Shown: positions 44,431-53,872, counted from the first letter of the stretch. The stretch is DNA of 64,000 bases from an uncultured Clostridia bacterium (GCA_949841045.1 CATKXS010000005.1:650-64649); one strand, 5' to 3'. Notes: generated by a model from the sequence alone, not told the origin. Made by a program: numbers and translations.

Positions 44431-44562
44431 GATATTGAAATTTATACACAACTTGAAAACGTTCCTTCTACCTCGTTTAGGCTTGGGCGAGGAATATGTA
44501 AATCATTTGAGTCATTATAAGAAAGCTTGATTTGTAGATTAGTTTTTTTAAAGGAAAAGAAT

Positions 44563-46686
44563 ATGATTAATGTGGCATTACTTGGCAATCCGAATACTGG
44601 GAAAACAACGATATATAATAGCCTAACCATTTCTCATGAGCATGTGGGAAATTGGCATGGGGTTACAGTTGAGGAGCGCGCCAAAATATATAAATATAAA
44701 AATGAAGAAATTAAAATGGTGGACTTGCCTGGAGTCTACTCTTTGTCAGCGCTAAGTTATGAGGAAGGAGTTACTATTGACTACCTATTAAATAGAAATG
44801 TGGATATGGTAATCAACATTTGTGACGCAAGCAATTTAAAGCGTAACCTATATTTGACATTATCTCTTCTTGAGATGGGGATTCCTTGCATCTTGGTAGT
44901 AAATCAGATAGACAAGCGTCCTATATGTAAGATTGATTTTGATAAGCTTGAGAAATTGCTTGGGCTAAAAGTTGTTTATATAAACGCGCAAAATAAGAAA
45001 GGTTCGCTTTTGGTCAATGATAAAATTCTTGAACTTTATCGAGAGATTAAGAATGGGCATGTGCAGGCTAAGCCTGTGTATTTAAGAGAATTAAACCTTT
45101 CAAAAATGGATGGATATTTAAACTTAGGTAAAGTAAAAAAGGTGGATAGATTCAAAGATTTTTATAGGATAAAGCTTCTTGAAGATGATGAGAAAATCAA
45201 GGGAATGTTTGATATTAAAGAAAGTTTTGGACAGCTTGAAAGGGTGGCGGAAGTAAGGTACAGTTATATTGACGATGTGCTTGGTAAGTGTTGTGGTAAA
45301 AATGAAAGAGTTTACGGGCAGTCAAAACTGGATAAGATTTTACTTAACAGATTTCTCGCTCTTCCTATCTTTATTCTCATTATCGCAGCCGCCTTTTATT
45401 TAACTTTTTTTTCGCTTGGAGCTTGGCTTAGTGACGGCTTAAATTTCCTTCTCGACAAATGTATCGCGAGTCCGCTTTTAAGGTTTATGGTGGGCGTATT
45501 TGGCGAGGAAAGTTGGATTGTGAGTTTGTTCCAAGTCGCGATTATAGGTGGCGTAGGCTCTATCCTTGGCTTCTTGCCACAAGTGGCACTCCTATTCTTC
45601 TTTTTGAGTCTGCTTGAAGATAGCGGTTATTTGTCTAGAGTGGCCTTTGTTTTTGAGGATATACTGGGCAAGGTGGGCTTGTCGGGGAAGAGTGTTTATA
45701 CGCTTTTAATGGGCTTTGGTTGTTCAACAAGCGCTGTCCTTACGGCGAGAAATATGGATGATAAAAATTCGAAAATCAAAACTGGACTTTTGACGCCATA
45801 TATGAGCTGTTCAGCTAAATTTCCAATCTACTCGGTGCTTGGTGGTGCTTTCTTTGGAGCCAACAACATTTTTGTCATTTTAGGGCTTTATCTACTCGGC
45901 GTTGTTATTGCGATTTTAATGTCCTATATCTATGAAAAGACAATTTTAAAAAGTAAAGAGCAGTCCTTTATTTTGGAGTTTCCGCCATATAGAGTGATGA
46001 ATGTGAAAAGGACTTTTTCAGTGCTGTTTCTCAATATTAAAGAATTTTTGACTAGAGTCGGCTCGGTGATACTTGCCATGAATATCATAGTTTGGATACT
46101 TTCAAATTTCACCATAACTTTTAGGTTTGTTGGAGGGAATATTGAAGGGGGCGGAGTGAGCATGCTTGAGACTTTTGGGCATATTTTATCGCCAATATTT
46201 AAGCCTCTAGGTTTCTCAAGTTGGGGGCTTGTATCTGCCCTTATTGCCGGCCTTGTAGCCAAAGAGGTGATTGTCTCATCTATTGCAATGTTTAACGGCG
46301 TGCAAGAGGGCTCTATGGCGCTTATTGGCTCTTCTTTAATGATTGCTGGGAGTCCTGCTTTCTTCGGCAGTGCAAGTTCAGTTTTAAGTTATCTTGTATT
46401 CTGTCTTTTGTATTTCCCTTGCATTGCGACAGCCTCAGTTCTTGCAAAAGAGATAGGGCGAAAGTGGTTGATTATTGGACTTATAAGTGAATTTATAATT
46501 GCCTATATTGTAAGCTTTATGGTTTACCGATTTGCACTTGCCGTTGAAAGTTTTGGAGGCTGGGCAGTTTTGATTTTGATTGCTACGTTGGTCATTATTG
46601 GGCTTTCAATATGGGCTATCAAAAAAGCCATTAAAGGGCGTTGTGCTTTTTCGCATAGGTGCAATAAGTCATGCAAAAAAAGATAA
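44563..46686 (+). CDS. feoB: ferrous iron transporter FeoB
   Basis: G-domain GNPNTGKTT and DLPG, then a multi-TM gate region. ATG 44563 follows AAAGGAAAAG. Confidence 0.92.
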   Translation: MINVALLGNPNTGKTTIYNSLTISHEHVGNWHGVTVEERAKIYKYKNEEIKMVDLPGVYSLSALSYEEGVTIDYLLNRNVDMVINICDASNLKRNLYLTLSLLEMGIPCILVVNQIDKRPICKIDFDKLEKLLGLKVVYINAQNKKGSLLVNDKILELYREIKNGHVQAKPVYLRELNLSKMDGYLNLGKVKKVDRFKDFYRIKLLEDDEKIKGMFDIKESFGQLERVAEVRYSYIDDVLGKCCGKNERVYGQSKLDKILLNRFLALPIFILIIAAAFYLTFFSLGAWLSDGLNFLLDKCIASPLLRFMVGVFGEESWIVSLFQVAIIGGVGSILGFLPQVALLFFFLSLLEDSGYLSRVAFVFEDILGKVGLSGKSVYTLLMGFGCSTSAVLTARNMDDKNSKIKTGLLTPYMSCSAKFPIYSVLGGAFFGANNIFVILGLYLLGVVIAILMSYIYEKTILKSKEQSFILEFPPYRVMNVKRTFSVLFLNIKEFLTRVGSVILAMNIIVWILSNFTITFRFVGGNIEGGGVSMLETFGHILSPIFKPLGFSSWGLVSALIAGLVAKEVIVSSIAMFNGVQEGSMALIGSSLMIAGSPAFFGSASSVLSYLVFCLLYFPCIATASVLAKEIGRKWLIIGLISEFIIAYIVSFMVYRFALAVESFGGWAVLILIATLVIIGLSIWAIKKAIKGRCAFSHRCNKSCKKR

Positions 46687-46977
46687 AATTTTATTTTAAA
46701 TGTAACAAAAATCTAATAACTTGAATAAACAATACTATGAGCAAACAACAGAAAGAAAATTTCAAAATTATATGCATAAGAGCGCCAAAATGGCTATCAT
46801 TTTTCTTAAGGAAATTTCATAAGGAAAAGTAAAACAATTAATCTTATGGTAAGAGAAAGTTGAGGCGATTATAGCTGGCTTTTTCAACGAAAAAGCAATG
46901 AATTGCGAATATGTAAAGATGAATATTGTCTTTTCATAATCTTTGTCAATAAATTTAAAGACTGGAAATGGAAGTAT

Positions 46978-47009
46978 AAAAAATCCACAGATTATGTCTG
47001 TGGTTTTTT
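46978..47009 (-). terminator. Rho-independent terminator of the 47061-47330 gene (bidirectional)
   Basis: ccacaga / tctgtgg stem, TTATG loop, A-run and T-run on either side. Confidence 0.7.
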
Positions 47010-47060
47010 GCAATAAAAAGTAACTGACAACAAAAGGTTTGCGAGTTAAACCTTCTAGTC

Positions 47061-47330
47061 TCAATCAAAATATATAATACCATTATTTGAGAGATTTGGA
47101 AAAGTTATAAGACTATATTTTTCTAGACCGATTGTTCTTTCAATCTTTAAGATACATTCGATTGGAATAGTGTAGTTTAAAATTTTGTTTAAATCAGAAA
47201 TTTTTATACCGCACCTTTTTGCAAATTCTTTTGGAATGAGGTCTTTGCTTTTAAGGTAATTTGCAATAATTTCACTCTTTATTTTTCCAACTGCAATATC
47301 GGTTATTTTATAATTATCAAGAATGTGCAT
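47061..47330 (-). CDS. small HTH-containing protein
   Basis: MHILDNYK... with PKEFAKRCGIKISDLNKILN helix-turn-helix. The ATG at 47330 follows AAGGAGGAA. The track's longer N-terminus runs through a GC-rich noncoding hairpin. Confidence 0.6.
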   Translation of the reverse strand: MHILDNYKITDIAVGKIKSEIIANYLKSKDLIPKEFAKRCGIKISDLNKILNYTIPIECILKIERTIGLEKYSLITFPNLSNNGIIYFD

Positions 47331-47475
47331 ATTTCCTCCTTTGCGACACAATAAATTTCTTGGCTTCGCTCCGCTCGCACCCACGCGGGCACCGCTGACG
47401 CCCCGCACGGACGCTCGCTAGTTATATACAAACCTAAGTTGCGTTAGTATTTTTTAACTATATCTTAATTTTATC

Positions 47476-47518
47476 ATGACAATTGTCATAACCGTTGTGT
47501 TTTCATGACAATTGCCAT
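47476..47518. promoter_or_regulatory. two palindromic operators (ATGACAATTGTCAT, ATGACAATTGCCAT), the second overlapping a TATAAT -10
   Basis: Perfect 14-bp palindrome at 47476-89 and a near copy at 47505-18. TATAAT lies at 47518-23. Confidence 0.6.
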
Positions 47519-47532
47519 ATAATGTATTTAAC

Positions 47533-47751
47533 ATGAGTCAAGCTAAATTTATAAAACGTTTAATTGAATTACGTGAGGAAAATAATCTAAGTCAAGAGAA
47601 ACTGGCAAAACTTATACATGTGTCTCAGTCCACAATAGCTAAATGGGAGGCAGGTGATAGAAAGCCGAATATAGATTTCTTAGAATTACTTAGTGATGCT
47701 TTTCATGTAACTACTGATTATATGCTAGGTAGGACAGAGTATAGGGATTAA
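47533..47751 (+). CDS. XRE family transcriptional regulator
   Basis: LSQEKLAKLIHVSQSTIAKWEAGDRKPN HTH_3 pattern. ATG 47533 has no SD and lies about 10 nt after the -10, so the transcript may be leaderless. Confidence 0.75.
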   Translation: MSQAKFIKRLIELREENNLSQEKLAKLIHVSQSTIAKWEAGDRKPNIDFLELLSDAFHVTTDYMLGRTEYRD

Positions 47752-47892
47752 CTTAAATTGTTAATCCTTTTTTATTTTCTGTCAAAGTGTTTTGCAATTT
47801 GCTATGACTAAATTTTTATTTGGCGTTATTCCAATTGCCATAACTCAAAATTTTTTATTTTATTTATGTAAAATATGTTTTAGGAGAATAAA

Positions 47893-48165
47893 ATGAATAA
47901 AAATAAAGAATTTGACGAGGCTAGATTGTTAACGGGGCAAAGGTTAAAAACCCTACGTCTAAGGGCAAAATTGAGTCAGGCTAATTTGGCAAAAATAATG
48001 GGGGTTTGCGTGCATACGATAATTGGTTGGGAGAAAGGAAGAGGCTATATTTATGGCAGGCACTTACGCAAATTTCACAAATTATATGGTGTTACAATAG
48101 ATTATATTTTAGGGCTAAGTGACAACGAAAACCAGTTTTGGATAGATACTTCTGACCAACATTAA
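47893..48165 (+). CDS. XRE family transcriptional regulator
   Basis: LSQANLAKIMGVCVHTIIGWEKG HTH_3 pattern; RBS taggaga. Confidence 0.75.
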   Translation: MNKNKEFDEARLLTGQRLKTLRLRAKLSQANLAKIMGVCVHTIIGWEKGRGYIYGRHLRKFHKLYGVTIDYILGLSDNENQFWIDTSDQH

Positions 48166-48184
48166 ATTTCTCTTTACATAAATT

Positions 48185-48210
48185 TAAAAAAAGCACCTTT
48201 AAGGTGCTTT
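48185..48210 (-). terminator. Rho-independent terminator of rpmB
   Basis: agcacctt / aaggtgct palindrome with T7 on the minus strand. Confidence 0.75.
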
Positions 48211-48233
48211 CAATGAAAAAATAGACGTTTAAA

Positions 48234-48419
48234 TTAAGCGTCTTTTTTTGCTGTTCTAATGCATTTTGTGCAAGCTTTAACAGTTTGTTCTTTCCCATTA
48301 ACTTCCATAGTAACCTTTTGAAGATTAAGGTCATATGTTCTATTATATTTCTTATTAGAGAAAGATACTTGTTTTCCAGTCATTTTGCTTCTTCCGCAAA
48401 CTTCACATACTCTACTCAT
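48234..48419 (-). CDS. rpmB: 50S ribosomal protein L28
   Basis: MSRVCEVCGRSKMTGKQVSFSNKK..R is the canonical L28 N-terminus. The ATG at 48419 follows GGAGGAAAA. Confidence 0.9.
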   Translation of the reverse strand: MSRVCEVCGRSKMTGKQVSFSNKKYNRTYDLNLQKVTMEVNGKEQTVKACTKCIRTAKKDA

Positions 48420-48651
48420 TGCTTTTTCCTCCATTTATTTAGTTCATGCATAATATCTTACCATTTTTCTTTTTAAAAATCAACTCTTTTAAGAAAAAAT
48501 TATATATTTTTTTTAGGAATGCAAGAATTTGGCGACCATTTTATTGTCAATTTCTTAATAAATTTAATAAATATTAAAAAAAATGTTGTTTTTTTTCTAG
48601 TTTTATTGTATGATATATAAGGCGAAATATCATTAAAAGGGGCTTGGACGC

Positions 48652-49002
48652 TTGACAGTAGATACTAATAACTATTATGGTAATATTTCAATCTCCGACA
48701 ACTCTATCAGGGTTGTTGCGGGTTTTGCTGCTCTAGACTGCTACGGTGTCGTTGACCTTGTCAGCAAGTCCATTACTGATAGCGCTAGAGAATTATTTAA
48801 AAAAGAATCTTATTCCAAAGGAATCAAGATTAATCATATCAACAACAGAATTTATATTGATGTTTACTGTATTCTGAAATACGGCGTTTCTATTAGTGCC
48901 GTTGCTGAATCACTGCGCAAATCTGTAAAGTATAGCGTTGAAAACTTTACGGGTATGCTTGTTGATGCTGTCAATGTTCATGTTGTAGGAGTTAGGGTTT
49001 AG
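48652..49002 (+). CDS. Asp23/Gls24 family envelope stress protein
   Basis: ISDNSIRVVAGFAALDCYGVV pattern; paired with the downstream DAK2 gene. TTG start follows AAAGGGG. Confidence 0.8.
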   Translation: MTVDTNNYYGNISISDNSIRVVAGFAALDCYGVVDLVSKSITDSARELFKKESYSKGIKINHINNRIYIDVYCILKYGVSISAVAESLRKSVKYSVENFTGMLVDAVNVHVVGVRV

Positions 49003-49010
49003 GAGAATTT

Positions 49011-50642
49011 ATGATAAAATCAATAAACGGACAAACCTTCCGCAAAATGATTGTTGCGGGCGCTGGTTTGCTTGAACAAAATAAAAAATATGTGGACTCA
49101 CTTAATGTCTTTCCAGTTCCAGATGGGGATACTGGTACAAATATGTTTCTTACTATGAAATCTGCGGTTAACGAGGTTTCTCAATGTCCAACTAGCACAG
49201 TCGATGGTCTCAGTGAAGCTTTTGCTAAAGGTGCTTTAAAGGGCGCTAGAGGTAATAGTGGTGTTATCACTTCACAAATTTTTAAAGGCTTTTGCACGGA
49301 GACTGCAAAGCATAAAGAAATCACTACTAAGATATTTGCTAAGGCTATGCAAGAGGGGGCGAATGTTGCCTATAAAGCGGTCACCAAACCTAAGGAAGGT
49401 ACAATTCTTACTGTCATTCGTGTTATGGCTGAAAATGCTGTTAGTGTGGCAAAAAAATGTGATGACTTTGAAGTATTTCTAAAGAAAGTTCTTGAAGTTG
49501 GCGAAGAGATTTTGAAGCAAACTCCAGAGATGCTTCCTGTACTGAAGAAAGCTGGCGTTGTTGACGCAGGTGGAAGGGGAATTATTATCGTCTTCACTGG
49601 TTTTTACAAACTTCTTATGGGTGAAGAAGATTTTGAAATTCAATTCGATGACGAGAAAAAACAATCTTTTGATGATGTCATTGCAGACATTAACAATCTT
49701 GAGGAAATTCAATTTGGTTACTGCACTGAATACATGATTATTCATATGAAGAAAAAGACTACTGAAGCCGATATTGACAAACTTAGAGAAAAGCTTGTTG
49801 AGCTTGGTGATTCTGTTATTTGTATCGGTGACCTTAACCTTGTAAAAGTTCACGTTCACTCAAATGAGCCAAACAAGGCCCTTGAATATGCGCTTGAACT
49901 TGGTGAGCTTTACAACCTTAAAATAGAAAATATGCGTGAGCAAAATAGAGAGATTAAGAAGAAAGCCAATGTCATGGAAGAGACTAAAGAACATGGCATG
50001 GTTGCTGTTGCTCCTGGTGATGGCCTTGCTGAAATCTATAAAGACCTTGGCGTTGACGAAATTATTGTGGGTGGACAAACAATGAACCCATCGGCAGCCG
50101 ACATTGCAGCCGCTGCTGATAAAGTTCCTGCAAGAAATGTGTTTGTTTTCCCAAACAACAAAAATATTATTTTGGCAGCTAACCAAGCAAATGACCTTAC
50201 AAATAAAAACCTTGTAATAATTCCAACACGTTCAATTCCTGAAGGCATCTCTGCGGCGATTGCATTTAATCCAGACGGAACGGTTGAAGAAAATACAGAG
50301 TCAATGAATGACTCAATTAAGGGTGTTAAGTCTGGCTTGGTAACTTACGCTGTAAGGGATACTCATGTTGATGGTTTTGACCTTAATGTCGGCGATATTA
50401 TTGGGCTTGATGATAAGGCGATACTTGCAAAGGGTAAACTTGTATCTGAGACAACTGAAAGCTTAATCGCAAATATGATGAGCGATGACGTAATGAACAT
50501 AACTCTTTTCTATGGCGAAGACATAAGAGAAGATGAGGCAAACAAGTTAGTTGAAAGCATTTCAAAAATATATCCAGAAGTTGAAGTTAGTGCTGTAAGT
50601 GGTGGTCAACCAGTATACTATTATATTGTAAGTTTAGAGTAA
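49011..50642 (+). CDS. DAK2 domain-containing protein (YloV-like)
   Basis: LNVFPVPDGDTGTNM and GARGNSGVI motifs, with a C-terminal DegV-like/YloV domain. Confidence 0.85.
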   Translation: MIKSINGQTFRKMIVAGAGLLEQNKKYVDSLNVFPVPDGDTGTNMFLTMKSAVNEVSQCPTSTVDGLSEAFAKGALKGARGNSGVITSQIFKGFCTETAKHKEITTKIFAKAMQEGANVAYKAVTKPKEGTILTVIRVMAENAVSVAKKCDDFEVFLKKVLEVGEEILKQTPEMLPVLKKAGVVDAGGRGIIIVFTGFYKLLMGEEDFEIQFDDEKKQSFDDVIADINNLEEIQFGYCTEYMIIHMKKKTTEADIDKLREKLVELGDSVICIGDLNLVKVHVHSNEPNKALEYALELGELYNLKIENMREQNREIKKKANVMEETKEHGMVAVAPGDGLAEIYKDLGVDEIIVGGQTMNPSAADIAAAADKVPARNVFVFPNNKNIILAANQANDLTNKNLVIIPTRSIPEGISAAIAFNPDGTVEENTESMNDSIKGVKSGLVTYAVRDTHVDGFDLNVGDIIGLDDKAILAKGKLVSETTESLIANMMSDDVMNITLFYGEDIREDEANKLVESISKIYPEVEVSAVSGGQPVYYYIVSLE

Positions 50643-50704
50643 AATTGATTAAATTTGAATAAGCAAACAAATGTTAATTTGTGAATGAAAATTCAATAAT
50701 TTGA

Positions 50705-50744
50705 CAAAAAACGAGTAAAAAATGCATTTTTTACTCGTTTTTTC
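50705..50744. terminator. bidirectional Rho-independent terminator
   Basis: 15-bp perfect arms aacgagtaaaaaatg / cattttttactcgtt with A- and T-runs, between convergent genes. Confidence 0.85.
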
Positions 50745-50779
50745 ATGAATTTTTGTCAAATTTGTCAAATTTTCGCAAT

Positions 50780-52498
50780 TTAGAGAAGGTTCTCATCTTC
50801 ATCTTTAATTATGTTTAATAGAGAACTAAAAGATGACTTACTTTTACTTTCAACTTTATTTCTCTTATTTGATTCTTGAACTTTTCTTGTGATTATTTTC
50901 GTGTCTTTATAGCAATCTAACAACTTAAGTGCATCTTCTGACCAATTGAGATGTTCATAGTCTAAGTGGTCATAAAGATTTGCGTTTTTTCCTATTTTTT
51001 CTTCTATTTCTTCAAATAGGTCAGGTTTGTCTGTTAAGCGTAATGTAGTGGCTATAAGGGTTGCCATTTCATTGAGTTCTTTTGTATCTATCATTTTATT
51101 AAATACTTTTGGATTTGTTGACAGAAGACATTTTTTAAGTTTTGGCAGTTCTTCTTCCAAATATTCACTTAAAAGAGGGAAGGCGTTTGTATAATAAGGT
51201 TTTCTATATTCGTGCAAGCCTAAATGAATTCCGTCTTGTTCCATCTGTTTGCTTATTTTTAAAGCAGTGTAGTCATTGATGACTTCATTTAAAAGGTAGT
51301 AGTTTTCACTTCCTATTGTAAATTTGCTTTTTTTATCAAAATGAGAAATATATAATCCTGTTTTAAAAATCACTTCATAATCTGAATTTTTAAGTACTGC
51401 ACATTGAACGACATGATTGATTTCATGGATTAAGGTTTCCAAATCAAGAGAGAAGATTGATGGCAAAACGCAAATATTATATTTTTCGTTTGGCTTATCA
51501 AGTCTATATGTATAATCGACATATGCAATTGTGTGATTGGGTACAAAGAGGAAGGTGCGTAGGTTTTTTAACAGATTGACAGGAGAAAGATTATTTTTTT
51601 CAATCTCTTGCATTAGCTGAACATAAGTTGGATTATTTTCTGTTATTTCTGCGAGATGATTTTCAGTTAAGCCTCCAAGCTTTGCTAAAAGTTTTACATC
51701 ATAAAATATGCTGAAATATTTTTCATCTGCCAAAAGATTGTCTAGGCTTGAGAATTTTTTATCGGTATATTTATTTAGCACCTCGACAAATTTTTCGGTT
51801 GGGGTATTGTTTTTTAATAACTCGTTATATTCATTTGCAATAAGGTCAAAATCGGGTGAATTCCTGTCTATTGCAAAGTTGCTTAAAACATGTGATTTTA
51901 TAAGCTCAAGCCTATTATTTTCATGATTTTGAGTGAAATTGTTGCTATTTTTAATATATTTTTCTGAAATTATTAAATATTCTGAGTCAAGATAGTCAAA
52001 TTTTGCTTTATATTTTCTTTTAAATATTGAATAATTATTTTGAAGTTTTCTTTCTATTTTTAACCTTGCTTTTTTATCTGCCAATATTTCTTTTAATGCC
52101 TCGTCTGAAAAGTTCTTGTCAAGTTTAAGAAGAGAGGTCATGTAAGGTTTAAAAGAATTTTCTGGAATTGGAAAGCCTATGTCAAATTTTTTAAGATAGT
52201 GTAACATTTCACTATAAGAGAGTTTATCAAATTGCTTTTTATCTAAATCAATCTTTATTTCATTTAGATATGAAGAAATAAGTTCAGACTTTTTGTTATC
52301 AAAATATTCTTTAAGTTGAGCGCTAAAATTAGTATCTACAGCAGGGTTTACAAATATAAAGCTAGTATTTTTGATTCTATTTGTGATAATGTCTCTATAT
52401 TGTTCGCCATAAAACTTGACAAAATATTCTGTAATCATTGGAATTTTGCCTTCAATGGGATTGTTTAGATTTATTTTTTCAAGACCATGCCTATACAT
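50780..52498 (-). CDS. large hypothetical protein with HExxH metallopeptidase-like motif
   Basis: 572 aa. LIHEINHVVQ (HExxH) is followed about 40 aa later by LNEVINDY, a possible third ligand Glu. No family recognised. Confidence 0.55.
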   Translation of the reverse strand: MYRHGLEKINLNNPIEGKIPMITEYFVKFYGEQYRDIITNRIKNTSFIFVNPAVDTNFSAQLKEYFDNKKSELISSYLNEIKIDLDKKQFDKLSYSEMLHYLKKFDIGFPIPENSFKPYMTSLLKLDKNFSDEALKEILADKKARLKIERKLQNNYSIFKRKYKAKFDYLDSEYLIISEKYIKNSNNFTQNHENNRLELIKSHVLSNFAIDRNSPDFDLIANEYNELLKNNTPTEKFVEVLNKYTDKKFSSLDNLLADEKYFSIFYDVKLLAKLGGLTENHLAEITENNPTYVQLMQEIEKNNLSPVNLLKNLRTFLFVPNHTIAYVDYTYRLDKPNEKYNICVLPSIFSLDLETLIHEINHVVQCAVLKNSDYEVIFKTGLYISHFDKKSKFTIGSENYYLLNEVINDYTALKISKQMEQDGIHLGLHEYRKPYYTNAFPLLSEYLEEELPKLKKCLLSTNPKVFNKMIDTKELNEMATLIATTLRLTDKPDLFEEIEEKIGKNANLYDHLDYEHLNWSEDALKLLDCYKDTKIITRKVQESNKRNKVESKSKSSFSSLLNIIKDEDENLL

Positions 52499-52601
52499 AA
52501 TTTTTCCTTATTAATTTTTTGCTTTTAGTCCGACTTTTGTGATAATTTAATAAATTTTTGTTTTTAAAGCAATAAAAAAGGTGTTTTTCACCAATTTTTT
52601 A

Positions 52602-52907
52602 TTAAATTATGTTCTCGCTTTGAAGAAGCATCATAAATTCGCGATAGTTATCTGGGAATTTATTCCTACCTTCGTAACTCTTTGTTTTTCCATTTTTTTC
52701 GATTGTGACAGAATATTGAATTCCGTCAAGTATCATTGGATTAATCATGCGTTCTTGCCAAGAAGACACGATTGAAAGAAGTCTGTTTGCAAATGGATTA
52801 ATTTCTAAATTGATTTTTTTGCCATTTAATTTGACTTCGTTTGTTTCGTCATTTAGGGTAAGATAAGTTGAGTTTGTTAACGTAAATATTTTTACAGCGA
52901 TTTTCAT
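52602..52907 (-). CDS. hypothetical protein
   Basis: 101-aa ORF upstream of, and co-oriented with, the HExxH protein. Confidence 0.5.
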   Translation of the reverse strand: MKIAVKIFTLTNSTYLTLNDETNEVKLNGKKINLEINPFANRLLSIVSSWQERMINPMILDGIQYSVTIEKNGKTKSYEGRNKFPDNYREFMMLLQSENII

Positions 52908-53009
52908 TTTTACTCCTTAAAGATAGTATAGCAACTTTTTAATCAAATGTAAAGAATTAAAATTGCAATAAACTTGATTTTTTATTTTATTTTAATTAGA
53001 ATGTTTTAT

Positions 53010-53786
53010 ATGAAAAAGAGAATTGATTTAATTGTAAGTGAAATGAAGGGCTTTTCAAGAAATAAAGCGCAAGAAATGATTGAAGAAGGAAATGTTTTGG
53101 TTGATGGAAAGGCTATTTTAAAGTCTTCCTTTTTAGTTGACGAGAATTGTGAGGTCACTTTTACTCAAAACAGAAGTTTTGTTTCAAGAGGGGCAAAAAA
53201 GCTATTGGGTGCAGTTGAGGTATTCAAACTTGATTTCGCTGGCAAGGTGGTACTTGATATGGGTGCTTCAACTGGAGGCTTTACGCAGGTGCTTCTTGAA
53301 AATGGTGCAAAGAAAGTTTATGCTGTTGACGTTGGCAAGGGCGAGCTCGACAAAGCTTTGCGAGAAAATGAAAGAGTTGTCAATATGGAAGGGCGTGACA
53401 TTCGCACGCTTACAATTGATGAAGTGAAAGATTGCGATATGGTAGTTGGCGACCTGTCATTTATTTCTCTTCGCCATATTTTGCCAAAAGTGAGAGAGTT
53501 GTTTGGAAAGATAGAATGTATGCTTCTTTTTAAGCCTCAGTTTGAATGCGGAAAGGATATTGCGCGAAAATATAGAGGAGTGATTAGGGATAAAAGTGTT
53601 CATAAAAATATTTTAAAAGAGTTTATAAAAGAACTTGAACTATATGATTTTGTTTTGTCAGATATATTTTATTCTCCTATAAAAGGTAAAGAGGGTAATA
53701 TTGAATATCTACTGCATTTAAATGGAAATGAAATGAAAAACATTGAAATAGACAGCGTTGTAGAGGAGGCTTTTAAGAAAATTTAA
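53010..53786 (+). CDS. tlyA: TlyA family rRNA 2'-O-methyltransferase
   Basis: MKKRIDLIV...S4 domain; SAM motif VLDMGASTGGFTQVLL; DLSFISL. Confidence 0.85.
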   Translation: MKKRIDLIVSEMKGFSRNKAQEMIEEGNVLVDGKAILKSSFLVDENCEVTFTQNRSFVSRGAKKLLGAVEVFKLDFAGKVVLDMGASTGGFTQVLLENGAKKVYAVDVGKGELDKALRENERVVNMEGRDIRTLTIDEVKDCDMVVGDLSFISLRHILPKVRELFGKIECMLLFKPQFECGKDIARKYRGVIRDKSVHKNILKEFIKELELYDFVLSDIFYSPIKGKEGNIEYLLHLNGNEMKNIEIDSVVEEAFKKI

Positions 53787-53804
53787 CTTTTTTTAGAAAA
53801 GGAC

Positions 53805-53831
53805 TTGACAAATCCCCCCCCCGATTAAAAT
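53805..53831 (+). promoter_or_regulatory. Sigma-A type promoter with C9 tract in the spacer
   Basis: TTGACA 53805-10, 15-nt spacer containing C9 (53814-22), TAAAAT 53826-31. Confidence 0.55.
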
Positions 53832-53872
53832 ATAAGTATGCGGTGGCGAGAATGCCACAAAAGGAGGGGATT

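Noticed and set aside
46768-47064. 98-aa Phe-rich minus-strand ORF downstream of the HTH gene
   Set aside because: It has a TTG start and no RBS. A clear Rho-independent terminator for the upstream gene (46978-47009) lies inside it, and its composition is typical of random AT-rich frames.
47361-47418. GC-rich block as a tRNA or tRNA fragment
   Set aside because: At about 58 nt it is too short, it has no T-loop GTTCGAATC-type or D-loop motifs, and no cloverleaf can be drawn. It is kept only as an unexplained structured leader.
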